From assembly GCA_035361425.1 (NCBI GenBank), contig DAOSCP010000012.1, positions 20,633 to 84,632 of the forward strand: a stretch of 64,000 bases of DNA. Reading direction: 5' to 3'. The position numbers and the translations under genes are program-made. The stretch is from Ignavibacteriales bacterium. GTDB lineage: Bacteria > Bacteroidota > Ignavibacteria > Ignavibacteriales > DAOSCP01. Of the stretch, positions 1-9,086 are shown in pieces. The notes below the pieces were generated by a model. It saw only the letters and a list, made by a program, of their open reading frames with translations. It was not told the DNA's origin and did not search any database. Numbering within the stretch: position 1 is the stretch's first letter; each line of letters begins with the position of its first letter.

Positions 1-943
1 GAATTAGATTTAAGTTTGCTTTTTTAGGTGTTGTTATATCAGCTTTAGTTTTTAATTTTATTGGAGTAAAATCTATTTCTTCGGGATTTTCCGGCAAAAC
101 AAAATATTTTTTTAAATAATTCCAATCGCAATCTCTAATTGTTACCACGTTATCAAGATAAAAACTAACCCAGCAATTGCCTAATTTTGAATTTGCCTTT
201 TCTTTTAAAAATTTATTTTGTGTTATCTTAATATAGTCTTCATCCAAATCGGAGCCTATAAATTGTCTTACCAGTCTTTTGCCACAATTACAGTTGTACC
301 TGTTCCCACAAAAGGGTCAAGGACAACATCATTTTCATCTGTACTCATTAATATGAGTCTTTCAAGTAAATGAACTGGTAATTGACATGGATGTTCATCA
401 CGATACTTATTATGTTTGACTCTATGTATATCAGTCCATACATCAGAAACTAACGGCCCGAAGGGATACAATACTGCCATTTTTCCACCATAATCTTTCG
501 AAAGATAATTTGATTTTCGATCTCGTTTATGATGATAACGAATTTCATAGAATTTTAACATTTTTGAATTTTTCTCATAAAATAAAATACCGTAATGTGA
601 TGGTTGCAATGTTTTACCCATAGGTGCAGTTGGAACATCCCATACTATCCAGTGCTTAAAGTCTTCAACATCATTTAAAATATTTGTATAATAGATTAAC
701 CATTTAGGAATATTGTGGACAAAAATTGAACCTGTATGTTTTGTAATTTGCACCAATTCTATCAACCAGGTTTTGCACCAATTGAAATATTCTTGCAAAT
801 CTAGACTATCATTATAAGTATTATAATTTTTCTTTAATTAAATGGCGGATCAGCAAAGGTTATATCAATAGAATCATCACGGATTTGTTTTATAACTCTA
901 AACTGTCACCTTGCAATATTTTATTTAAATATTTTTCTATCAT
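1..943 (-). pseudogene. Beta-class (N6_N4_Mtase-type) DNA methyltransferase, probably N6-adenine specific. Broken by at least 3 single-base frameshifts. The 3' end runs off the left window edge.
   Basis: The minus-strand ATG at 943 gives MIEKYLNKILQGDSLEL* (stop 890-892). A second frame continues ..VIKQIRDDSIDITFADPPFN* (motif IV DPPF, stop 834-836). A third frame is the tracked ORF 268-798 (LKKNYNTYNDSLDLQEYFNWC...VLDPFVGTGTTVIVAKDW*, motif I FxGxG). A fourth frame continues AKRLVRQFIGSDLDEDYIKITQNKFLKEK... down to position 1. Motif IV preceding motif I is the beta-class permutation. Confidence 0.75.
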
Positions 944-986
944 TTGTAATTTTTTTCAAATAGTCCTTAAATCTATCTAATTCGTC

Positions 987-1396
987 TTAATGAAAAGTAA
1001 AAACTTCATCAAAAGCAGTAACCATTCTATGTAAATCAGCTTTTCTCACATACCAACCTATACTATCTAGTTTCTGATTATCATACCATTTATTTTTTAA
1101 CAAAAGTTTGGGTAATTCATTATTTTCTACAATTCTTACAATTGTAATCAAACGTTTTAAACTTTCAAGCGTAAATCCTGTTAAAGCCAAAATTGCAATT
1201 AAGCCATTTTCCTTTTCTGCTAAAAAATTCTCAATTATATCTTTCTTTAAACCTTCAGTCTCAATTTTATTTTTTAATACTAATAGGGTTTCACTGATAG
1301 AATTGATATAACTTTCAAAATTTTCTTGAAATTCGGGATTATTAAAATAAAATATATTTTTTCTAAAACGATTTTGTATTTTTGCTCAGCTGTCAT
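987..1396 (-). pseudogene. Hypothetical ~136-codon gene directly upstream of, and co-directional with, the methyltransferase. Frameshifted. Possibly a remnant of the restriction-modification locus.
   Basis: ATG at 1396 gives MTAEQKYKIVLEKI.., which stops after 38 codons. An overlapping frame with no start codon of its own continues NIFYFNNPEFQENFESYINSISETLLVLKNK...GWYVRKADLHRMVTAFDEVFTFH* (it contains tracked ORF 987-1190). The switch point fits the A6 run (T-run 1357-1362 on the plus strand). I recognise no family. Confidence 0.4.
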
Positions 1397-1547
1397 ACAA
1401 AAATTTAATTTTAAGTTGTTATAATATATCAACTAAAATATAATATTGATAAGCTAATCGCTATTTTTTTTACACAATAGCGTATATAAATATTGTTAAC
1501 ATAATTATTGTAAATATAATATTTTTGCTATAACTATTAAATTTAAA

Positions 1548-2687
1548 TTACTTAGCAAAATATGATAATAATACCCCAGCCGCAACCGCAGTACCAATAA
1601 CACCAGCAACATTTGGCCCCATTGCGTGCATAATTAAATAATTTTGTGGATTTTCTTCCTGTGCAACATTATGGGAAACTCTTGCAGCCATCGGAACAGC
1701 AGAAACTCCTGCAGACCCAATTAAAGGATTAATTTTACCACCTGATATTTTAAACATAATTTTCCCTAATATCAAACCACCAACAGTTGAAAAACCAAAA
1801 GCAAATACACCTAAAACAATTATTTTTATTGTATCAAATCTTAAAAATTGTTCCGCTTTCATTGTAAGGCCTACACAAACGCCAAGGAAAAATGTAACAA
1901 TATTAATAAGTTCGTTTTGTGCCATATTACTCAATCTTTCAACTACGCCAGATTCTCTTAATAAATTTCCGCCCATCAACATAAAAATAAGCGGTGCCAC
2001 AGGAGGAACTATTAAAGTAGTTAGAAGCATTACAATAATTGGAAACATAATTTTTATGTTTTTTGACACCTGTTTAGGTGGCTCCATAACAACCATACGC
2101 TCTTCTTTTGTTGTCATAAATTTCATAATAGGTGGTTGAATAAGTGGAATTAAAGCCATATAAGAATAAGCAGCAACAGCAATAGGACCGAGCAAATGAG
2201 GAGCTAATTTTAAAGTTAAAAATATAGCTGTAGGACCATCGGCACCACCAATGATACCAATAGCAGCTGCTTCGTTTAAATTAAATCCTAACATCACAGC
2301 CATAAATAATGCAGCAAATACTCCAAATTGTGCTGCTGCACCTAATAAAAATGTTCTTGGGTTTGCTAAAAGTGGACCGAAATCTGTCATGGCACCAATT
2401 CCAAGAAAAATAATAGGAGGAAATATTTCCAATTTTATACCATAGGATATATAATAAAACAATCCACCGACAAAATCATTCAATTCAGAGGGTTCATTAA
2501 GTAAACCATTAAGGGGCAAATTAGTTATAAAAGCACCCATTGCAATAGGGAGCAATAATAATGGTTCAAAATCTTTTTTAATAGCTAAATACATTAAAAT
2601 AAATGATATTAATATCATTATAAGCTCGCCTGTAGTAAACAAGCCAAAGCCTGTACCATTTATAAATTTAGTTAATACTTCAAACAT
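1548..2687 (-). CDS. mmdB: Na+-translocating decarboxylase beta subunit (OadB/MmdB/GcdB family). Integral membrane protein.
   Basis: 379-aa polytopic membrane ORF with the sequence character of the OadB/MmdB family (..IIGGADGPTAIF.., ..GSAGVSAVPMAARV..). It is the last gene of the four-gene decarboxylase operon. Confidence 0.85.
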   Translation of the reverse strand: MFEVLTKFINGTGFGLFTTGELIMILISFILMYLAIKKDFEPLLLLPIAMGAFITNLPLNGLLNEPSELNDFVGGLFYYISYGIKLEIFPPIIFLGIGAMTDFGPLLANPRTFLLGAAAQFGVFAALFMAVMLGFNLNEAAAIGIIGGADGPTAIFLTLKLAPHLLGPIAVAAYSYMALIPLIQPPIMKFMTTKEERMVVMEPPKQVSKNIKIMFPIIVMLLTTLIVPPVAPLIFMLMGGNLLRESGVVERLSNMAQNELINIVTFFLGVCVGLTMKAEQFLRFDTIKIIVLGVFAFGFSTVGGLILGKIMFKISGGKINPLIGSAGVSAVPMAARVSHNVAQEENPQNYLIMHAMGPNVAGVIGTAVAAGVLLSYFAK

Positions 2688-2696
2688 ATCACACCA

Positions 2697-3092
2697 TTAT
2701 TTATATGTTACTAATGGTTGGCCTGCTTCAATTCTATCACCTTGTTTAACATTAATTGATTCAATTTCACCATCATATTTGGAAGCAATATTTGTTTTCA
2801 TTTTCATAGCTTCAACAACAACAAGAGTATCGTTAACTTTAACTGTATCCCCAGGTTTAACACAAACTTCAACAACTACCCCGTTTAAAGGAGAAAGCAT
2901 TGTTTTTCCTGATAAAGCTTCGTGTAAATTTTCAAGACTTTTTTGAATTTGTTGTTGTGGAACAACTTGAGGCATTGATGGCATAGCAACATTTTTATTA
3001 TGGAAATAAGGATCATTACTATCAGTATCTTCTAATAATTCTACTTCAACTTCGTAAACTTTGCCATCAACTTTTATTCTTAGTTTTTTCAT
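2697..3092 (-). CDS. mmdC: Biotin carboxyl carrier subunit of the decarboxylase (biotinyl domain).
   Basis: 131 aa. The C-terminal biotinyl domain carries the canonical biotinylation motif VVEAMKMKTNI. It sits between the OadG-like and beta subunit genes. Confidence 0.85.
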   Translation of the reverse strand: MKKLRIKVDGKVYEVEVELLEDTDSNDPYFHNKNVAMPSMPQVVPQQQIQKSLENLHEALSGKTMLSPLNGVVVEVCVKPGDTVKVNDTLVVVEAMKMKTNIASKYDGEIESINVKQGDRIEAGQPLVTYK

Positions 3093-3106
3093 GGTAAAAC
3101 TCCAAA

Positions 3107-3478
3107 TTAATTTCTTTTAGTTTTATTATGACCTAATAATTCACTTCTACCAGATGAAACCCAATTACGAGGTTTTTCTTTTATAAATCTTATTTTTTTT
3201 ACAATGTATCGGTGTTTGGTATCAACCGCCGCAATTGCAGCCGTTATAACAGCTATTAGCTCCCTGTAATCCTCTTTTTTTAAATTAACATTTTCAACAA
3301 CAATATCTTTTTCGGTATAGGTAGCTCTTGGAAGATTTGAAAACTTATAGTCAATTTTTTGCATAATCCAAATAATTAAAGAAAACAATATCAAAACGCC
3401 AAAAACAATACTCATTCCAATAATCATCAAATAAAATGAGGATTCTAAATTTGGCAATATCTTATTTAAATATTCCAT
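3107..3478 (-). CDS. OadG-family small membrane subunit (MmdD/gamma-like) of the Na+ pump decarboxylase.
   Basis: 123 aa with one N-terminal transmembrane helix (FYLMIIGMSIVFGVLILFSLIIWIM) and an Ala-rich segment (LIAVITAAIAAV) typical of OadG/MmdD. Its operon position matches mmdA-D-C-B. Confidence 0.6.
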   Translation of the reverse strand: MEYLNKILPNLESSFYLMIIGMSIVFGVLILFSLIIWIMQKIDYKFSNLPRATYTEKDIVVENVNLKKEDYRELIAVITAAIAAVDTKHRYIVKKIRFIKEKPRNWVSSGRSELLGHNKTKRN

Positions 3479-3488
3479 AAAAACTCCA

Positions 3489-5042
3489 TTATAGAGGAAT
3501 TAATCCGTGTTTCTTTTGAGGTCTTAATTCTCGTTTTGTTGTACAAGCTTCAAGAGCAATAGAAATATAATTTCTAGTATATTTTGGTTCGATAACTGCG
3601 TCAACCATACCTTTTTTAGCTGCTTGATATGGCGTTGCGAATTCAGCCCTATATTGCTCAATTAATTCTTTTCTTTTTTGTTCAGGGTTTTCAGCTTTTT
3701 GAATTTCTTTTTTATAAAGAACAGATACAGCACCTTCAGCACCCATTACTGCAATTTCAGCAGTAGGCCATGCTGCAACTCTATCAGCCCCTAAACTTTT
3801 AGCACACATTGCAAGATATGCACCACCGTATGCTTTTCTTAAAATTACAGTAATCTTTGGAACAGTAGCAGCAGAATAAGCAAATAGCATTTTTGCCCCA
3901 TGACGAATAATACCACCATACTCTTGTTCGATACCGGGCATAAAACCGGGTGTATCTGTAAATGTAATAATAGGAATGTTAAACGCATTACAAAATCTTA
4001 TAAATCTTGCTGCTTTATCAGAGCTATCAATATCCAAACAACCTGCTAAATAACTGGGCTGATTAGCGACTATTCCAACAGGTCTTCCGTTTAATCTTGC
4101 AAAAGAAATTACGATATTAGGCGCAAACTCTTTCTGAATTTCAAAAAGAGAATCTTTATCAAAAACTCTTTCAAGTAATGAATGAATATCATAAGGCATT
4201 TGAGGGTCGTCTGGTAAAAGAGAATTCAAATATTCGTCTTCAACAAGTTCAATTTCTTCTTGTGGTTCATAAGGTGGATCTTCTGTATTATTATTTGGTA
4301 TATAAGATAAAAGCTTTTTACATATTTCAATAGCTTCATTATCATCGTTGGCAACAAAATGGATATTACCACTTTTAACAGCATGTGCCATAGCACCGCC
4401 TAATTCTTCAACATCAATAACTTTACCTGTTACTTCTTTAATTACATCAGGACCAGTAATAAACATTTTACCAGTACCTTTTACCATAATAATAAAATCC
4501 ATTAAAGCTGGGGAATATGCTGCACCGCCTGCGCATGGCCCAGATATTATAGCAATTTGTGGTACAACACCAGAAAGCAAGGTGTTATTATAAAATATTG
4601 TTCCATAACCTCTTAATGAATCAACCCCTTCTTGAATTCTTGCACCTCCACTATCATTTATAGTGATAAGCGGCATGCCGTTTTTAAATGCTTGCTGTGC
4701 AATTTCGGAAATTTTCCAGGCATGTTTCCAACCAACACTACCTCCCATTACAGTAAAATCTTGTGAAGCAACACAAACTGGCCTTCCATCAATAGCACCT
4801 ATAGCTGTAACAACGCCATCTGCAGGAAATTCCTTATCAGCTAATCCAAATTTTGTACATTCATGTTCGACCATACTGTAAAGTTCATCATAAAAACCAT
4901 TGTCAAAAAGTAGATTTAATCTTTCTCTAGCGGATAATTTTCCAGCCTTATGTTGGGCTTCAATTTTATCTGGTCCGCCCATAGCAAGAATTTTCTTTTG
5001 CTTTTCTTGCAACTCTTTAATTTTATTTGCCACACTCCCCAT
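3489..5042 (-). CDS. mmdA: Methylmalonyl-CoA decarboxylase alpha subunit (carboxyltransferase of the PccB/MmdA family).
   Basis: 517 aa. The N-terminus MGGPDKIEAQHKAGKLSARERLNLLFDNGFYDE, and segments such as GGARIQEG and AYGGAYLAM, are typical of the acyl-CoA carboxyltransferase family. It is the first gene of the operon. Confidence 0.9.
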   Translation of the reverse strand: MGSVANKIKELQEKQKKILAMGGPDKIEAQHKAGKLSARERLNLLFDNGFYDELYSMVEHECTKFGLADKEFPADGVVTAIGAIDGRPVCVASQDFTVMGGSVGWKHAWKISEIAQQAFKNGMPLITINDSGGARIQEGVDSLRGYGTIFYNNTLLSGVVPQIAIISGPCAGGAAYSPALMDFIIMVKGTGKMFITGPDVIKEVTGKVIDVEELGGAMAHAVKSGNIHFVANDDNEAIEICKKLLSYIPNNNTEDPPYEPQEEIELVEDEYLNSLLPDDPQMPYDIHSLLERVFDKDSLFEIQKEFAPNIVISFARLNGRPVGIVANQPSYLAGCLDIDSSDKAARFIRFCNAFNIPIITFTDTPGFMPGIEQEYGGIIRHGAKMLFAYSAATVPKITVILRKAYGGAYLAMCAKSLGADRVAAWPTAEIAVMGAEGAVSVLYKKEIQKAENPEQKRKELIEQYRAEFATPYQAAKKGMVDAVIEPKYTRNYISIALEACTTKRELRPQKKHGLIPL

Positions 5043-5438
5043 GGTTAACTCATAATTTTTTTTAAAAAATTAGTACATTACAAAAATAAAAATATTATTA
5101 GCAATAAACAAAATTAATTAGTTATTTAATATATAATTAAATCATATTCCACATATCATTATTTAGAATTAAAAAATAAAACGATTATCTAAATACACAG
5201 CAATAATGCAATAATAAACATCTACGAGCTATGCATGTATACCAAACCTACTTCGTAAGTGATACCAGACATTTTTTATATATCGAAAGATTAAATTCAG
5301 AAAAAAGCAATAATTGAAAACTTCAGCTAATCCAATCATGTATTGAATTAATAAAAAAGTTGCCTTTGTTAAAAAAGTGACTTTTGTTATCAATTATTTT
5401 ATACTCATTTATGTAAACCCAATCTCAACTTTTAATGT

Positions 5439-7898
5439 TTATTTTACCAACATCATCTTTGCTGTTTTAATTCCATATTCTGTATTCACTGTATAAAAAT
5501 ATACACCACTGGGTAAATTTCCTGCATTAAAATGTATTTGTTGCATTCCAGCCTCAACTCTTTCATTTAATAGTGTTGCAATTTCCTCTCCTATACTATT
5601 ATAAACTTTAATTGTTGCATTACCTGCTTGTGGCATTATAAAACTAATCGTTGTTATTGGATTAAACGGATTTGGATAATTAGGTAAAATATCAAAATTA
5701 TATATATTAAACTTTTCAAGTTCATTAAAAAATATTTTATCAGTAAAAAAAGCAAAATTGGATTGTAATTCTCCATTGATTCGAGTAAATATTCCACCAA
5801 CATATACATCTTTATTATTAATTGTAATCGTATTTACATTATCATTTGGATTTGGTTTCCAATTATCAGATTGTGAATTTATACTATTTAATTTAGCAAT
5901 TTTTGGTCTTGTCCATCCACTAACCAAAGCAAAATTACCACCAATATATATATTATCACCATCAATAGCAATCGTATTTACAATACCATTGGCATTGGGA
6001 TCCCAATTAAAATCAGGTATGGAGATAGATATTGATAATTTAGCTATAAAGTTTCTTTGTTGTCCATCAATTACAGTAAATTCACCGCCAACATAAATAT
6101 CATTATTATTTGTAGCAATCGTATTAACTATCCCGTTAGCATTGGGATTCCAGTTTATATCAACTTGACCAGAAGAAATATCTAATTTTGCAATATTATT
6201 TCTAGCATTTCCTTCAATTAAACTAAAATCTCCTCCAACAAAAACATAATTTCCACTAATAGTAATAGATTTAACTGAAGCAAAATCACCTGTTTTATAT
6301 GCGTTTACCTTCCAATTAGGATCAGCCAAACCAGTATATTTATCTAATTTTGCAATGCCATATCTCAATTGCCCACCTATTTCACTAAATCCACCACCAA
6401 TAAATAAATCATTACCACTAATAGCAATAGTATTAACCCATCCTTTACGGAATTGATCATAAGGATTAGGATTCCAATTTGCATCGGCCATCCTATCGGT
6501 AATATTTAATTTCGCAAGATGGTTTCTTGGTTGACCACAAATTGTTGTAAAAACGCCACCTACATAAATATCATTTCCATCGCATGCTATGCTATAAACT
6601 GAGTAATTTGGTTCCGGATTCCAATATTTATCTAATTGGCGGGAATATAATTTAATCTAACAAGATTTTTTCTTGGTTGCCCGCCAATTGATGTAAACGA
6701 ACCACCCAAATAAATTTCGTCACCATAAACATCTATAGCATAAACATTATGATTAGCATAAGGTTTCCAACCTTCATCCAACTGACCATTAAAATTTAAT
6801 CTTGCTATTCTGCCTCTTATTTTATCATCAATAAGAGTAAAATACCCCCCTACATAAATTTCACTTTCCCTAACAACAATTGTTTTAATAGTTTTATCTA
6901 CATTAGGTTTCCAATTATCATCTACCTGAGCAGTAGTTATATTTAATTTTGCAATTCTGTTTCTTTGCTGTCCCGAAATAAATCCAAAATCTCCTCCCAC
7001 AAAAATATCTTGTCCTTTGGTGGCTATTGTATAAATAGTATTATCTGCATTTGCAATCCAATTTTCATCCACAGTACCATTTGTTTTATTTAGTTTAGAA
7101 ATTCTGTATTTAAATTTACCTCCAATTAAAGTGAAAGCACCTGCTACAAATACATCTTCACCATATAACATTAAAGAATATACGGTATTATCAGCATTTG
7201 GGGACCAACTACCATCGGCCTGTCCATTGGTTTTGTTTAATTTTGCAATTCGATTTCTTTGTTTACCACCAATAGATGAAAATGATCCACCAACATAAAT
7301 ATAATCACCATCTGCTACTATTGTATAAACACTACTATTTGAATTTGGTTTCCAATTTTCATCTACATTACCAGTTGCAATGCTTAATTTGACAATATAA
7401 GTTCTTTGTTGCCCAGCAATTGAAGTAAAAATTCCACCAATATAAATACTATTACCCCCGATTGCTATAGTATAAACTGAAGCTATACCACTTCCTGTAT
7501 TTACTAGATCAGGTTTCCAATTTAAATCAACTGAACCATTAGAAAGTATATGTGCTATGCAGTTTCTTGTTTCATTACCTACTTTTGTGAATTTACCACC
7601 TATAAACCACCCTCCATTACCATCTGATGTTACACACTAAATTTCACCATCAACTTTAGGATAATTAATATTATGGAAATCTGATAATCTGTTTAATTTT
7701 ACACCATTGCCGGTATTTGGTCCAACATAGTTAAAATTTCCACCAAGATTATGTAAAATTACCATAAACTGCTATAGAATGAATTTGTCCAGGAGTAATA
7801 TCTGTTCCGCTTGCTACCCAATAATCTGGATTGGGAATTATTGGTTGACTTAACAATATAATCTTAAGCAAAAAGAAAACCATTATTTTTTTAACATA
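5439..7898 (-). pseudogene. T9SS-secreted beta-propeller repeat protein (DUF5122/'delta-60'-like repeats) inactivated by four frameshifts and one nonsense codon.
   Basis: An SD (AGGAG, 7905-7909) lies 6 nt before the ATG at 7898, which gives MLKK*. A frameshift in the A7 run (7887-7893) would give MLKKIMVFFLLKIILLSQ.., a signal peptide. There are about 12 or more tandem repeats of the type NW.PN.n..V.tIa..g..iYVGG.Ft.I.Gq.RN.IAKL. The C-terminal sorting domain is ..YPNPFNPITTISF...LPSGVYFYTV....KMMLVK. The frame breaks near 7750-7772, at TAG 7638-7640, near 7620-7630 (G-run) and near 6632-6656. Tracked ORFs 5439-6491 and 6632-7171 are fragments of this gene. Confidence 0.8.
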
Positions 7899-8412
7899 AT
7901 AGATCTCCTTTTATACTTTTAAAATCATATCTAACTATGTTTAGTAAATAACAAACTATTAGTAAATTTTTCTATTATACACTTAAAATATAAAGATGTA
8001 ATTATTTTTAGAATTATTTTACACATACATTTATTATATATAGTTTATATTTTAGCCTTTAACAATATTTTTTATGAAATCTTTTATACTTGATTAATAA
8101 GCTTTTACTAATAAAGTTATAATTATTTCCCTTTCAAATAATATTATTTTTTTCTATTATCAATTTTTTTTTAATAAATCTTATTGTTTAGTATATTTAT
8201 CAGTAATTACTATCCCTCTCCCAAAAACTCATTTTTATAAAAGGATATATCATTTTTCCTGACTTTTACAGTTGGAATTTATAACTTATTGGAAATCAAT
8301 ATTGATTATAAAAAAATGTAAAAAGTTGTCACTACACTTTTCCATTTTAATTGAATTAATAAAAATAGTTGGAAGAAAGATATTTAAAACAATATTATAC
8401 AGAATTCAAATA

Positions 8413-8664
8413 CTAAAAGACCTGTTCTTTAGTTAATAAGCTGTTTGGTAATTTGATTTTAAGAATTTCAAACAATTTAGATGCAAACGGTTCGTTTTCA
8501 TATTTTGCAAAAAATGTATTTTCATCAACAACTATTTCTCTATACATCATTGAATTAAAAGCTTGTTTAATTTTATCGGCTGAAAATTCAAGATTACTTT
8601 GTCTTATTCTTACTTTCAATTCTCTTTCAAGCAAGAAAGCTAAAAAACAAATTACAAAATTACC
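8413..8664 (-). mobile_element. C-terminal fragment (~83 codons) of an IS4/IS1634-like transposase. No N-terminal catalytic part and no recognisable inverted repeats.
   Basis: The stop-to-stop frame reads GNFVICFLAFLLERELKVRIRQSNLEFSADKIKQAFNSMMYREIVVDENTFFAKYENEPFASKLFEILKIKLPNSLL... From memory, this resembles the conserved tail of IS1634-type transposases (hydrophobic I.FLAL.LLR.LE segment, then a '..kiie.l..l..vei...g..yy.r.e.t..q.kil.alg.k.P' segment). Upstream frames are closed. Confidence 0.4.
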
Positions 8665-9086
8665 TTAAATGTAGTTGAAATATTTAAGGTTAGCAATAAT
8701 ACTGCATTAAGTAGAATTGCCTTTTCTAAGGTTTCTATATTTTTATATTGTTTCGATTTAACTTTTTTAGATAAACATATAAATTCTCAATTTGTTAAAA
8801 CAAAAATACCATTAAAATGCAACTATTAATATATTACATAAAATATTAATAATATATTTTAATATACAACGATTTCACTATATTTTTATCAAGTATAAAA
8901 AATATGCTTTCTAAAGTTATTGATTTAGGATGTTTATACTCAATAATTTACTATAAATGTCAGAAGTTACATACACAACAATAGATATTTTTCTAATCAT
9001 GTTTCAAACTTTTATTTCTAATTTATATTTAAGTATCCTATTGATCAATGCCTTATTAAATCTTTGATAATATAATTTTCTATTTT

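Noticed and set aside
5342-5362. A near-identical 21/22-nt string ATTGAATTAATAAAAA(T)AGTTG occurs at 5342-5362 and again at 8350-8371, bracketing the pseudogene/IS-remnant islet. AAAAAGT(T)G(N)C-type motifs lie nearby at both sites.
   Set aside because: Only 16 nt are exactly shared, and the string is almost pure A/T. By rough estimate, several such matches are expected by chance in 64 kb of this composition. There is no extended flanking similarity that would indicate IS ends or att sites. It may be worth a formal repeat search but is not supportable by eye.
5758-6096. 112-aa plus-strand ORF inside the beta-propeller repeat gene.
   Set aside because: It is antisense to a region with clear repeat periodicity and a T9SS sorting domain on the minus strand. 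This is a shadow ORF.
7638-7640. In-frame TAG in the propeller-repeat gene as possible stop-codon recoding (pyrrolysine or readthrough).
   Set aside because: TAG is used as an ordinary terminator elsewhere in the window (for example at 12769-12771 and 6632-6634). The gene carries four additional frameshifts, and no Pyl machinery or PYLIS-like context is evident. A simple nonsense mutation is the parsimonious reading.
8294-8307. Perfect 14-bp palindrome AATCAATATTGATT in the gene desert.
   Set aside because: It is short and AT-only, is not positioned relative to any intact gene start, and has no second copy. It is likely chance.
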